A stretch of 64,000 nucleotides of DNA from Klebsormidium nitens. Its lineage: Eukaryota; Plantae; Klebsormidiophyceae. The translations under genes and the position numbers were made by a program. Location: the NCBI GenBank assembly GCA_000708835.1, contig DF236965.1:1-64000 (forward strand). The letters run 5' to 3'. The notes beneath the pieces are model-generated. The model saw nothing but the letters and a program-made list of their open reading frames with translations. It ran no database searches and had not been told where the DNA came from. This document shows, piece after piece, positions 1-11,032 of the stretch. The first letter of the stretch is position 1, and the number at the start of each line of letters is the position of its first letter.

Positions 1-329
1 TTAGGGGACAAGAAGTTTATGCCAGACAGGTGCATGGGTTGGCATGGTGCTAAGCAGTGAGGGCCACGAGTTTCAACGTGCGAGGCGCTTTGGAACGTGA
101 CCGGACCTGTCACGTCCACTCCCTGTTGAAATTGCGTTGGTCGGTGCCGTTTTGGAGCGTCCCCTCCTGACGTGAGAGCACCGCTTGTTCCATCTGTATG
201 CATTGTCCACAGAAAAGTAGTGGTAGCTATTAGTGGTCCGCAATGACCACGCAGGTTGTGCATCTTGCGGGAGGTCAGGCATCGGCGGGCCCGCCCGTGC
301 AAGTGCGGCATGCGCAGCACTTTCTGCTC

Positions 330-3300
330 ATGTGGGCAGCTGAGGGCTGGACGCGGCTCAAGATATTCATTGCACTTGCACTCTGGGTAAGACATGAATA
401 GACGCCTGTACTTAAGGGCGTTGCTACCTTGTGTTTCTGTAATGTGTACTCACAGAACAAGAGTCTTTCCGTGCTTACAACTAAATTTTGTCTGCGATTC
501 TGTCTTCACGCTTTCCAAAGCATCAACCGAGTGGCCTGGTTTTGTAGTGCGTAACGTCGTAATGCTGTGTCATCAATTCCAATCCTCACAAACTTCAGCT
601 TGCTGACAGATGGGGGGCTTTCATGCGAACCTCCTCATTACAATCGTGGCCCTGTTCAACTTGCGCAGTCAATGGGGCCTGTGGTGAGTGCAAAGGGAGA
701 TTGGTGGGCAAGTGCTCAAAGGGGCACTTCCTGACCAGGGGATGCTTGAACGTTGAGTGATGGGATCAAGAATTTGCTTGCCCCACATGATGCCCCACTA
801 CTTGGCTACTAAAGACTGTTTGCAACACCTGGGTCGTCGTTTGGCTGCTGCTTGAAGCTCTTGTCTTCTTGAGCAGGATGTTCATCCCAGCATGATGTCT
901 TTGCTTTGACACCACTGTGCAGCTTACTGCTACTCCAGATGACCATGGCATTTTTGCCCATCAATGAAGAATCTGACTGGGGGAAGAAACTAGCCAAGTG
1001 AGTTCAAATGCAGAGCCAATTCTTAACCTGGTGAAACCTGCTTGATTATGTGGATCGATGGACAGTAGGAGGATTTTCTAAGAAGCCCGCATTGAGAAGC
1101 ACGTTGAGAAGCAGATACTCTGAAAGGTGCATTATGAAATGTTGACGCTATGTTTCATCATCTGACTGTAGTGCACACCAACCGAATTTCCTCCGGCTGG
1201 CCCCTTCCCTGACTCACCCGCTGTTCGCAGGTGGATATGTACATATGCGCCAATGCACTTCCCAATGCGGGTGGTCTTTGAGGACAAGGACGCGTTCACC
1301 CCAAAGAGGTCCTATGGTCAGTTGTCTTTGTCCTACCCACTCTATTTTACCTCCTTTTGGCGCCACATTCAATAGACTTGAGTCCTGCTTGTCAAGTAGT
1401 TTTGCTGGGCTCAAGGGCTGCATCATATCCTTGTCTGCAACCTTACAAACTTTGAATTATTTTTGCACTCCTGCATGCAGTGGTGGCTGTGGAGCCCCAC
1501 AGGTGAGCGTGGCCACCGAGTCATGGAGTCTTTTCAACTTGAGGCCGGGACTCATGAAAAGTATCACTAGTCTGAAAGTCAACAGCTTTGGCAGCTTCGT
1601 CATCTCAATTCATCCGTTTCTGTTACAATCAAAACTCTTGTAGGAGAGATCGTCGAATCACTTCTGTGATTTTTCGAAGGATATTGACAGTCAGATGGAC
1701 GCCTGTGATAGCTGCTTGAAATTTTAGTCCACCTGGCCATCACGAATCTGCACTGAATAGGTACCGTCATCTAGAACAGTTCGCGGCCTGAAAAATTGCA
1801 TTGCTTGTGAAATTTTGGCTTGCCCAGGCCCCGACTTTCTTCTTATCTCCCGCTTACTTTCCCTGTCTTGGGTCACGCAGTGTGCTTCCCCTGGGCATCA
1901 TGGAGTTTGCCAGCGTGCTGGACGTGATGCCCTTCCAGGACAAGCGCGTGCTCGCCAGCAGCGCGGTAAGCCCAACCCCCTTCTCCTTTTGTTGGCCCTC
2001 TTGACGAACAGTCCCTGATTGGTTTCATCGTTTGAAAGTCTGTCCATGTTCATTCAGTGGTTCAGCAAACTGGGTTCGAGGTGGTAAGGATCGGGGTTCT
2101 GAAGTTTCGTCGTGAATCCATGCAGGTGTATGCGGTCCCCTTTGTGCGCCACATTTGGAGCTGGTGAGTGCTGGAAGCTGTCTCCCATGAAATCGCCAGT
2201 GGCGGTAGGATTTGAACGGTCATATCCTGATCTCCCATCTATGCTCCGGCCTCCACTGTGTGCCGTTGACAGTTCCACATCTCACTCAGAGGTATCCCGT
2301 TCGATAACGAACAAATGAGTGCCAGTCCAGGCCGTCAAACATTCAGAAGCTGCCTCCGACTCCCGCGCTAGAAAAAAGGGTTTCGCAGGATGGGCATGGC
2401 GCCCGTGGGCCGCCGCGAGTTCAAGCGGCTGCTCGACCAGGGGACTACCTGCGTGCTGGTGCCGGGGGGCGTCTCCGAGTGCCTCTACATGGAGAGGGAT
2501 AAGGAGGTAAGCGGAGCAAGAAAATCTGCAGGTGCTCTGGCGAGCTGTTGCTCACTTTAACAAACGGCTAGGTGCTTTATCTGAACATTTGAGCAGGTTG
2601 TTCTGGAATTGATTTTTTTGAACGACGTTGTGGGGGCCTATCGTGCCAGGCTCTAATCCTGTTTGACAGACGTCCGCCGCGTTGACGATCCAGGTGGTGT
2701 TCCTGAACAAGCGGCGAGGATTCATCCGCATGGCCATCGCCGCAGGCGCGCCCCTGGTCCCCGTCTTCATATTCGGACAGGTGAGGGTGTCCTGGCCCCG
2801 TCTGGCCGAGGAAAACATTTTGCGCCCCTTCCTGGGCTGCCCGCTTGGCCTTTTTCGCACTCTCGACTGCTGACTTCAGCTTTGGTACCTCTCCAAATTG
2901 TTGCGCATGATCTGAAGATGTTTGCGATTGGCGTCCCTTGTGTGTTCAGCAGATAGGCTCTCGAGATGACGTTGGCGCTCTGATGCAGCGTGAGACATAC
3001 CACTGGTGGCGGCCGCAGGGGCAGTGGTACGAGCAGCTGTCAAAAATGCTCAAGTTCTCGCCAATCGTCTTCTGGGGGATAGCCGGGTGAGCACGCTGTA
3101 AACGAGCAGCTGCTCCCAACAGGCTGAGTCCATTTCTCACCTGCCTTCTCACGACAATCCGCAGTGCCTTTTTGCTTCATGAAACCTGTTTTTTTGCGAC
3201 CAGAATAAGGCTTCCTTGTCTACCAAAGCCCCCATATCGTAGTGTATTATCTGTTGACTAGCGATTTCAACTTGCAAAGTTCGTGTGTTGTCTCAGGTCT

Positions 3301-3489
3301 CCGCTGCCCCTCCCCAAGCCTATGCTGGTGGCCGTTGGCCGGCCCATTGCGGTGGAGCAGAGCGCCGAGCCGATTCCGGACGACGTGGTGGTTGCAAAGC
3401 AGAGCGAGTTCATAGCCGCGATGAAGGACCTGCATGCCAAGTACAAGGCGGAGGGGGGCGATGAGCACGTCGACTTCGTCGTCAAATGA
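330..3489 (+). CDS. DGAT2: Diacylglycerol acyltransferase type 2, plant-type; 11 exons
   Basis: Exons 330-386 (in-frame ATG also at 243, so the start is uncertain), 610-683, 923-997, 1231-1316, 1481-1502, 1881-1965, 2126-2163, 2389-2506, 2694-2780, 2989-3086, 3297-3489. All introns GT-AG with consistent phase. The protein has the plant DGAT2 motifs EPHSVLPLG, VLASSA, PFVRHIWSW, VLVPGGVSE, RRGFIRMAI, PLVPVFIFGQ and VGRPI. Confidence 0.93.
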
Positions 3490-4118
3490 GGGACGCAAAA
3501 CGGAGCCACTTGCTGCAGCGCAGCTGGCTCTGTGCAACTGCATGTGTAAGATAGTAAAGGGTAGGGGTTAGGGCTCTCGTTTTGTATAGCGTGGGTTTGA
3601 AGTGCCGGGAAATCATAGTTTTGTACAAAAGAGACAGCCAGTCCCGGTCCTAGCTGAACCGTGCTACCTACATTCATTTTGCTGTCCATATGTGGCTGAC
3701 GTTTGCACAAGAGCGCTTGGGGTAGGAACTAAACGTGTACGTCGTGTGACCCTCGTTTGAATACTGATTCGGAATTATGAGAACATTTAACAATTGCTTC
3801 ATGAAAGTTCGAACTTGAAACCTTTTGACATAGGCAGTAACCACTAATCAGTCATTTGAGGGGCCAAAGGAGCTGGGAAGACCGCACTTGTTTGCTGCAA
3901 GTAGAGTTTCCTACAAGCGTAGAAGGTCGAAATCTGGCCCCGAACTGATTTCGTGTCCTGCAACTCAATCATCACCTTGTGGAAGCTGATTCTGTATCGT
4001 CCTTGACTTTTGATCCGATTTCCCGCTCAGGAGTCTGCAATGTCCTCTTTGAAGACGAAGTCGCCGTGTAGGCCATAGGTTTTTGCACATGAGGCATCCT
4101 GTACTCACGACGGAGTAT

Positions 4119-4699
4119 NNNNNNNNNNNNNNNNNNNNNNNNNNNNNNNNNNNNNNNNNNNNNNNNNNNNNNNNNNNNNNNNNNNNNNNNNNNNNNNNNN
4201 NNNNNNNNNNNNNNNNNNNNNNNNNNNNNNNNNNNNNNNNNNNNNNNNNNNNNNNNNNNNNNNNNNNNNNNNNNNNNNNNNNNNNNNNNNNNNNNNNNNN
4301 NNNNNNNNNNNNNNNNNNNNNNNNNNNNNNNNNNNNNNNNNNNNNNNNNNNNNNNNNNNNNNNNNNNNNNNNNNNNNNNNNNNNNNNNNNNNNNNNNNNN
4401 NNNNNNNNNNNNNNNNNNNNNNNNNNNNNNNNNNNNNNNNNNNNNNNNNNNNNNNNNNNNNNNNNNNNNNNNNNNNNNNNNNNNNNNNNNNNNNNNNNNN
4501 NNNNNNNNNNNNNNNNNNNNNNNNNNNNNNNNNNNNNNNNNNNNNNNNNNNNNNNNNNNNNNNNNNNNNNNNNNNNNNNNNNNNNNNNNNNNNNNNNNNN
4601 NNNNNNNNNNNNNNNNNNNNNNNNNNNNNNNNNNNNNNNNNNNNNNNNNNNNNNNNNNNNNNNNNNNNNNNNNNNNNNNNNNNNNNNNNNNNNNNNNNN
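4119..4699. other. Assembly gap (581 N)
   Basis: Run of N. The ORF-track entries spanning it are artefacts. Confidence 1.
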
Positions 4700-4701
4700 T
4701 T

Positions 4702-4895
4702 CGTTTTGCTTGCATTGCTACGGTCGTACGAGGCTGCATGGCAGCGACGCCTAGCGGCACGACAGCTGGTATCAGACAAAATTACATGTCAGTCTCTTAG
4801 TGACATACAGTCGTTGCGTTCTTTAGAGAATCCGTTTTGCTTGCATTGCTACGGTCGTACGAGGCTGCATGGCAGCGACGCCTAGCGGCACGACA
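4702..4895. repeat. 63-bp exact direct repeat, two copies (4702-4764 and 4833-4895), period 131 bp
   Basis: CGTTTTGCTTGCATTGCTACGGTCGTACGAGGCTGCATGGCAGCGACGCCTAGCGGCACGACA occurs twice, directly right of the gap. Confidence 0.95.
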
Positions 4896-5847
4896 AGTAT
4901 TTTATTTGAGAAAAAAGTTTTACACAACATGAATGTTCATTGCAATGTCTTGCCGAACAGCTTGTGGACGGATCATACTCACAATGTTTGGTGCCCGTGG
5001 ACAATGGGGATCAAGATCTGATCCGGTTAGGCGGCCAAATGTGAATCCCTCTCGTACGAATTTGAACATATTAGAGGATACCTAGTAATACTACAGCATC
5101 CATATGCATGCTGCAGCATGCCTTTAAGTTCAATTTGGAAGTCTCGCATCGATCACGTTTCGTATACTCAATATATATGCATGTGCGCTCGGTTGCCAGA
5201 CTTGTGGTTCCACTGGTGGCACCACTTTTGATGGATGGGCCATGGCGGCAATTAATCGGACCCACTATAATGTTGGCATGGCGGCCCTCAATGGGCCGTG
5301 ACTAGCAGGCCGCGCGCTACATGACTGCCATTCCAGCGGCAGCGGTGTCGTCTCTGCTTGAGACGTTGAAATGGAGGGGGATCCCTTAAGGAGCGGGCAA
5401 AAGAATGATGACGTCCGTGCTGACGTTAACCAGGATTCTGGAATGACGCCTAGCTGAACTTTGAAGCGCCCATGAGGCCCTGAACTCACAGTGCAGGTCT
5501 GCAGTGTGCAATGTGGAATGTGCAATGGGCAATTGCCAATGTGCATGCATACATAGGTAGCTGGTGCCACTGGAAAAGTGTGCATGCAGCCCGGTGTGAT
5601 CAGGAAACGCCACTTGCTGAAGGACTGCATTTGATAATTGTGGCTTTCCTCCCAGTGGAAATTGATGACAGCATCGAGTTGCCTCCTAGTCGTCCTGGGG
5701 CCTGTTCCTGCTGGTCTCCTTCCTGTTAATCGAGGCCCTTTGGATCTGCGGCTAGCGTCAGGCAACTTGGAAACACACTCAGCTTTTAGGCTAGCGCCAT
5801 CTCGTCCCCAACCCCACTCCATTCTTGCAGCACTCTCGCCCCGAATC

Positions 5848-8800
5848 ATGGCACCCAAGCAGAAGAAGCTAGGGTGGTCAGACCTCATGGTGTCTGAAGT
5901 CTGCCTTGGCACAATGACCTTCGGGGAGCAGTAAGTTGTGCTGCAGCTTGATCCCCTCTGCTGGAACGGGTCAGATTATCTTCTGGAAGCCTTGTCTGGT
6001 GGTGGTGGCAGAAAGTACCTTCCAACGTGGATCAGTTCTGCTTACGGCTTGGCAGTGCTGTCCTTTATCAAGACTTTAGTAACACCTATTTGTGATGGTC
6101 CCTTGCACCTTTCGGAAACGCCCGAAGAAACCATCAAATGGTTCGATAGAAGGATAGTGCGGTTGAGGGAGTGCAAGGGTGGATAGATGCAGTCGGCGAT
6201 CTAATCGTGAATGTTGGACTTTGTTTCCAACGTCAGCGTTTGAAAGTCCAGAGTAGTACATTAATCCTTACCCTCCCTGTGTTTCTCTTCAGGAATACTG
6301 AAGCAGAAGCCCATGAGATACTGGATGCAGCTTTTGCTGCGGGGATCAACTTCATCGGTGAGAAGGCGATTGTCATAGGCGGCCCTTTGTTTGAATAGTG
6401 TCCTCTGAAGGAGTCACACTTGCACAGAGAGAGAATCCACCCTGAAATTCTTCAACATTTTCTGGAACAAAGGTGAAAAGCAAAGTTGCTCTACCGATGA
6501 CACCGTACGTTGACAATATACATAACAACAGACAGACTAAAGGCTCTGGTGGAAAGGCTTCACTTTTAATAACAAGAGTTTTCACTCCCTTGTCCTGGTT
6601 TCTCAAAAGACCTGCCTGGCTCTGATTGAACTCTCGTAGATCTTTGGTCCCCTTTTCTTTTTCTTTGACTTTGTTTAGTTTTGAGTAAGAAGTCGTGATA
6701 AACGGAAAAAGTCCTTTTGTTACGCCCCATGCAACCCAATTTTGATTACTCTAATGCAAAGGACCCCATGTCTTGCTGTCTTTCTCTTCAGACACAGCGG
6801 AGATCTACCCGACACCCCCCCGAGCTGAGACTGCCGGGCGCACCGAAGAGTATATTGGTACATGGCTTGAGAAGCAGGACCGGAGCAAGGCAAGCAACTT
6901 CACACCACCTGCGAATCTCATGCTCTTCTGGTTCACTTTTCGAATGGAGCATTCCTCATACCGCCACGGGGCTTGTTGTAAGTTGTTGCCTTGCTGTGAT
7001 CATTTATGAATATTCTTGTCATATTGGACCCATCCGGGCAAATGCATGGCGTCTACGGGGAACTTTATTTCAGACTAGAATACTCACTTGTGTGGGGTAA
7101 GGTTGATGGCTCCCAGGTCAACAAGGATGGAACTGATCATTTCCACGGTTTCTAAGTGAATCTCTCCATGTGGCAAAGCCTGCTGATGACCTACTAAAAG
7201 GGAATCCATACCGCCTCGCTGTTAGCACTCTTAACACCAAAATGGAGATTGCAATGGTGTAGAGCACGCAGCACGAAACAGAGGTGGCGTGCCGCACACT
7301 TGTCCACAGGTGATTCTGGCTACGAAAGTTTCTGGTTACGGCAAGGACAGCTATCTGCCTGGGAAACGGAAGGATCCCCCGACCGACGAGAAGGCGGATG
7401 CGCGCCTGGACGCTGCCAACATTGAGGCTGCTCTCAACGCCAGCCTCAGACGGCTCCGCACAAGCTACGTCGACTTGTATCAGCTGCACTGGCCCGACAG
7501 ATACGTCCCGCTCTTTGGACCGTGAGTGGTATCAAACAGCGTTCACTTAGTCTATCTGCTTGTCTGAGTGGTTAGTTTTAGGGTCTACGCGGAAGAAGCT
7601 TTGGGTTTGGAGCTTTCTCAAACGGGCTCTTAACATCTTGATCGGTGGTTCGAGATTTGAAACTTGCTGTATCATTAGGCATGTCTCAATTTCACATTCG
7701 CTTTTAAATGACCCGAAAGAGACCACCCTTGTGTTTGATTTGTGGCCGACAACAATCACGGCATTGTTCTCCTCTATGCTTAGTCCCTGGGTTCCCGGTC
7801 CCACTAGTGTCTTGTGATTAGTTTCCTGCTCGTATTGTAATTTTCAACCATGTCCTGCTAAGCTCAGCGGTCAAGAAAATGACTGCTTGCGGTCTCTTTC
7901 TAGCATCGCCTTCCGGAACCACAATGTTGCGCTCCTGGTGTGACAGGTCCGTATACGACGTCAAGTCTGAGCGACCGAGCGTGCCCTTCGAGGAGACGGT
8001 GGCCGCGTTGGGGAAGCTCATCAAGGAGAAGAAGGTCAGCCTCGCAAACTGCCCAAAAGAAATGTCTTGTCGAGAGGACCCACATCGGTTGCTTGCTTGT
8101 ATATGAAATCGCACCTGTGCTTGGGCTCAGTACTCGTAACCGTAATCTGTCTCACGCCATTCGCCGGCCCTGCTCAGGTCGCAAGCGGCAGGGTTTCATA
8201 ACGAGCTACGCCACCGGCTGTTAGAAGTACTCAGTGCATGCTGACCACACGCAGCCCGTTTCCACAGATCCGGTACTGGGGCGTCTGCAACGAGACGCCG
8301 TTCGGTGTGTGCGAGCTGGTGCGCGCGTGCGACAAGCTGGGCGTGCCCCGCCCGGTGACCATCCAGAACCAGTTCTCGCTCCTCTCCCGCTCCTACGAGA
8401 CCAGCCTCGCGGAGCTGGCGTCACCCGCGCACTACAACATGGCCCTGCTGCCGTGGTCCCCCCTGGTGCGGCCACCGTTAGCTTCGAGGCCAAGCGGCCC
8501 GAGAGTTGTTATTATCAGTGTCCATTCTGTGTTGAATTAAGCCTACGTTGAGTTGGATTAGTTCGCCGGGCTTGAACGAATCAAAACCTCAAACCGAATT
8601 TGAAGTTGACCCGCACCTATACTCACCCGACAACCCCAAAGCAATGCCACTCGTCCCCTAAGCAGTGATCTAAATCAACGTAACATACGTAGGTTCGAGA
8701 CTTCTTTGTTATCTGGGCATCAGTCTTGCCTTCACTGCGCTTTTACACTTCAGGCTAATTCTGACAAGCTGCTCGCTTGCGATTCTTAGTTACGTTGTCG

Positions 8801-9417
8801 GTGTCAGATTGCTGAGCGCGCAAGTTTTGGATGTGCAGGGCCGCGGCATTCTAACCGGGAAGTACCTGAACGGAGCCCGGCCGGAGGGCGCGCGGCTGTC
8901 GCTATTCGACATCCCTTTCAACAGGAAGTACCTCGAAGACAAGGCGAGTGGCACCGGCGATCTCGTCCCTCTTTCCTTTCCCGGTCGGAAGCCTCTGTGG
9001 CATTTCGGTCTCCACTTGCGTGACAGAGTAATCAGCAGACGTGCTCCACGAAATCTCAACGGGGCCAATCACCGCGCCCAAAACAAAAAGCTCTTCGTCT
9101 TGGGTACCTATAGTCGTCACGTGTGCAGATGTGAGCGCATGCGTGCTGTTGAACACCTCCGCGATTCCCCGTCGCAGATTGATCAGATCGTGGCCCAATA
9201 CGTAGAGTTGGCCAAAGAGCTTAAGATCACGCCCGCCCAGCTTGCGTTGGCGTGGGTGAAGAGCCGATGGTACGTCGGATCGACCATCATCGGGGCAACA
9301 AAGACGACTCACCTGAAGGAGAACGTTGAAGCGTTTGACATCGAGCTTCCGGAAGAAGCTCTGAAGAAGATTGATTTTATTCATATGCAGAACAAGGATC
9401 CGATCGCCACAGTTTAA
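5848..9417 (+). CDS. Aldo-keto reductase, Tas-like (NADP(H)-dependent); 8 exons
   Basis: Exons 5848-5930, 6293-6357, 6792-6889, 7310-7521, 7947-8034, 8268-8465, 8839-8943, 9178-9417. Motifs VCLGTMTFGEQ, GINFIDTAEIY, ILATKV, YVDLYQLHWPDR, IRYWGVCNE, PWSPLGRGILTGKY, PAQLALAW, IIGAT. Introns 3 and 7 need GC donors. The frame is open upstream of the ATG and there is an acceptor at 5830, so an N-terminal transit peptide exon is possible. Confidence 0.92.
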
Positions 9418-11032
9418 TGGTACGCGAAAGCGCATTATTCATTCAAGGACAAAATAGAAACAGGGTTTGCCTGCAAAGTAGGACGCAAGGTTTGAGATGA
9501 GGGGATCAGGAATACTCGGGTACCATTGCGTGCAGTAGACCAAGCGCGCAACTCAGGCTAAATGATGCGATATAGTATGTTGAAAGGAGGAGAAGATAAC
9601 AGGGAGTTGTCGATCGAGCGAAAGCCTGATGGACCAACCTTGAGCTCACACTGACTAACTTGATCCGTAATCCCAGCATGTCCATGTATGGGCACAACTA
9701 TATCATAATTTTGTGTGATTGTGCAGCGCGTTCATCTGGGGGCTGGTCGCGTAATGTAATTCCGATCGGTTATTAACCGTCCACATACAACAACGTTTTG
9801 CAGGTTTGTTTGCAACGGTACAGCGTTCGCAAGACCCATGCAAAGCATTGTTCGAATCGTGCACAATGAAGCATGCCTGGCCGACCGTGATTATACTGTA
9901 TCATTTGCGGAGTTCGCGGTGTCCGGATAACATGTACGTTCGATGGGTTCAGTATATTAATTGCGCAATCGCACGCGTGCACCTCAAATTAATTAACACG
10001 CGGGTTGCATGGACATGCATGTAGGCGCCGGCTGGCCCATGGCATGTAGCATGAATGGCTGGATGACACCGTCACATGAGTATTGCACACAGTGAACCCA
10101 ACCGTCCAGCCTGCACGCAGACGCACTTGCACGCGTCAACATATGTAATGGACTCTTCGTGGATAGATTCACCTAGGCATAATACGAGCAGACTGACCCT
10201 ATGCACAATCACTGCCTGAGCCACTAGTTAGCTTAAATTGGGTATATCAGCCGCAAGTCATTTTCGTTTCATCAACACCACACAATTGCCCCGAGTCAGC
10301 ACATGACATGATTGTCAGGTCCAACTGGGCGCATTGTCGTTACCCAGGTCCTTCAATCCTGACATGGCTGGCCACGTCTTCCGACTATTCACGGAGAGTC
10401 ATTGAAGTGCTCAAGCAGGAAAGAACGTTAATGATGATTGACGTAAAGCAAACGCTGTACCAAGGGTTATCCTGCAGAAGGCAATGATTGAAAGAGGGAT
10501 GGACCATATGGCCATGGAAATGGCCGCGCGACTATCAACGTGACTCAGGGTGTTACACAACAGGAAAGTACCATAATCGTACGCACACCCTCCACATGGA
10601 GGTACTGGGGGACATATGAGGGCTGTTCTAACAATGGTCAGCACCAGCTTCAGTAAATAAGGCACTGATGCGTCCTTCTTTTTGAAATGTGGCGCGCTTG
10701 ACTTTGATACAACGCACGGATTGCTGGTTTGTTGCTTGTTGACCCTTCCCGACAGAGCTACGCAGGCTCAAACCCCCAACTGAGACCTCTACCTAAGACC
10801 TTCGACGCTCAACACAACACGCGGAAGACAGTGAAACAGGACAGACACGTACAGGAAAGGGCTGTCAGTGAGTGGGTTCAACTCGGGCCGTCAGGACTGA
10901 TTGTAACTGTGCTCAAGGCGCTCTGGTGTGCTCTGCATCGCCTTGCATGTTTCCTACCGTAGCTCAACATGAGCTCATGGTACAGAGGCGTCGACTAGCG
11001 GGCTGCTAGTTTCGGCCAAACTGAATCGGCCC

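Noticed and set aside
766-1800. Minus-strand stop-riddled reading that first looked like a decayed transposon
   Set aside because: The region is explained by plus-strand DGAT2 exons 3-5 and their introns.
3554-3573. Telomere-like TAAAGGGTAGGGGTTAGGG; also telo-box-like words near 18370, 30291 and 37908
   Set aside because: Too short and heterogeneous to exceed chance; no array.
3972-4779. Three long ORFs in the ORF track
   Set aside because: They consist of X residues translated across the N gap.
4702-4895. CRISPR-like repeat-spacer-repeat
   Set aside because: Only two units, 63 bp is too long for a typical CRISPR repeat, there are no cas genes, and the context is eukaryotic. Kept as an ordinary repeat.
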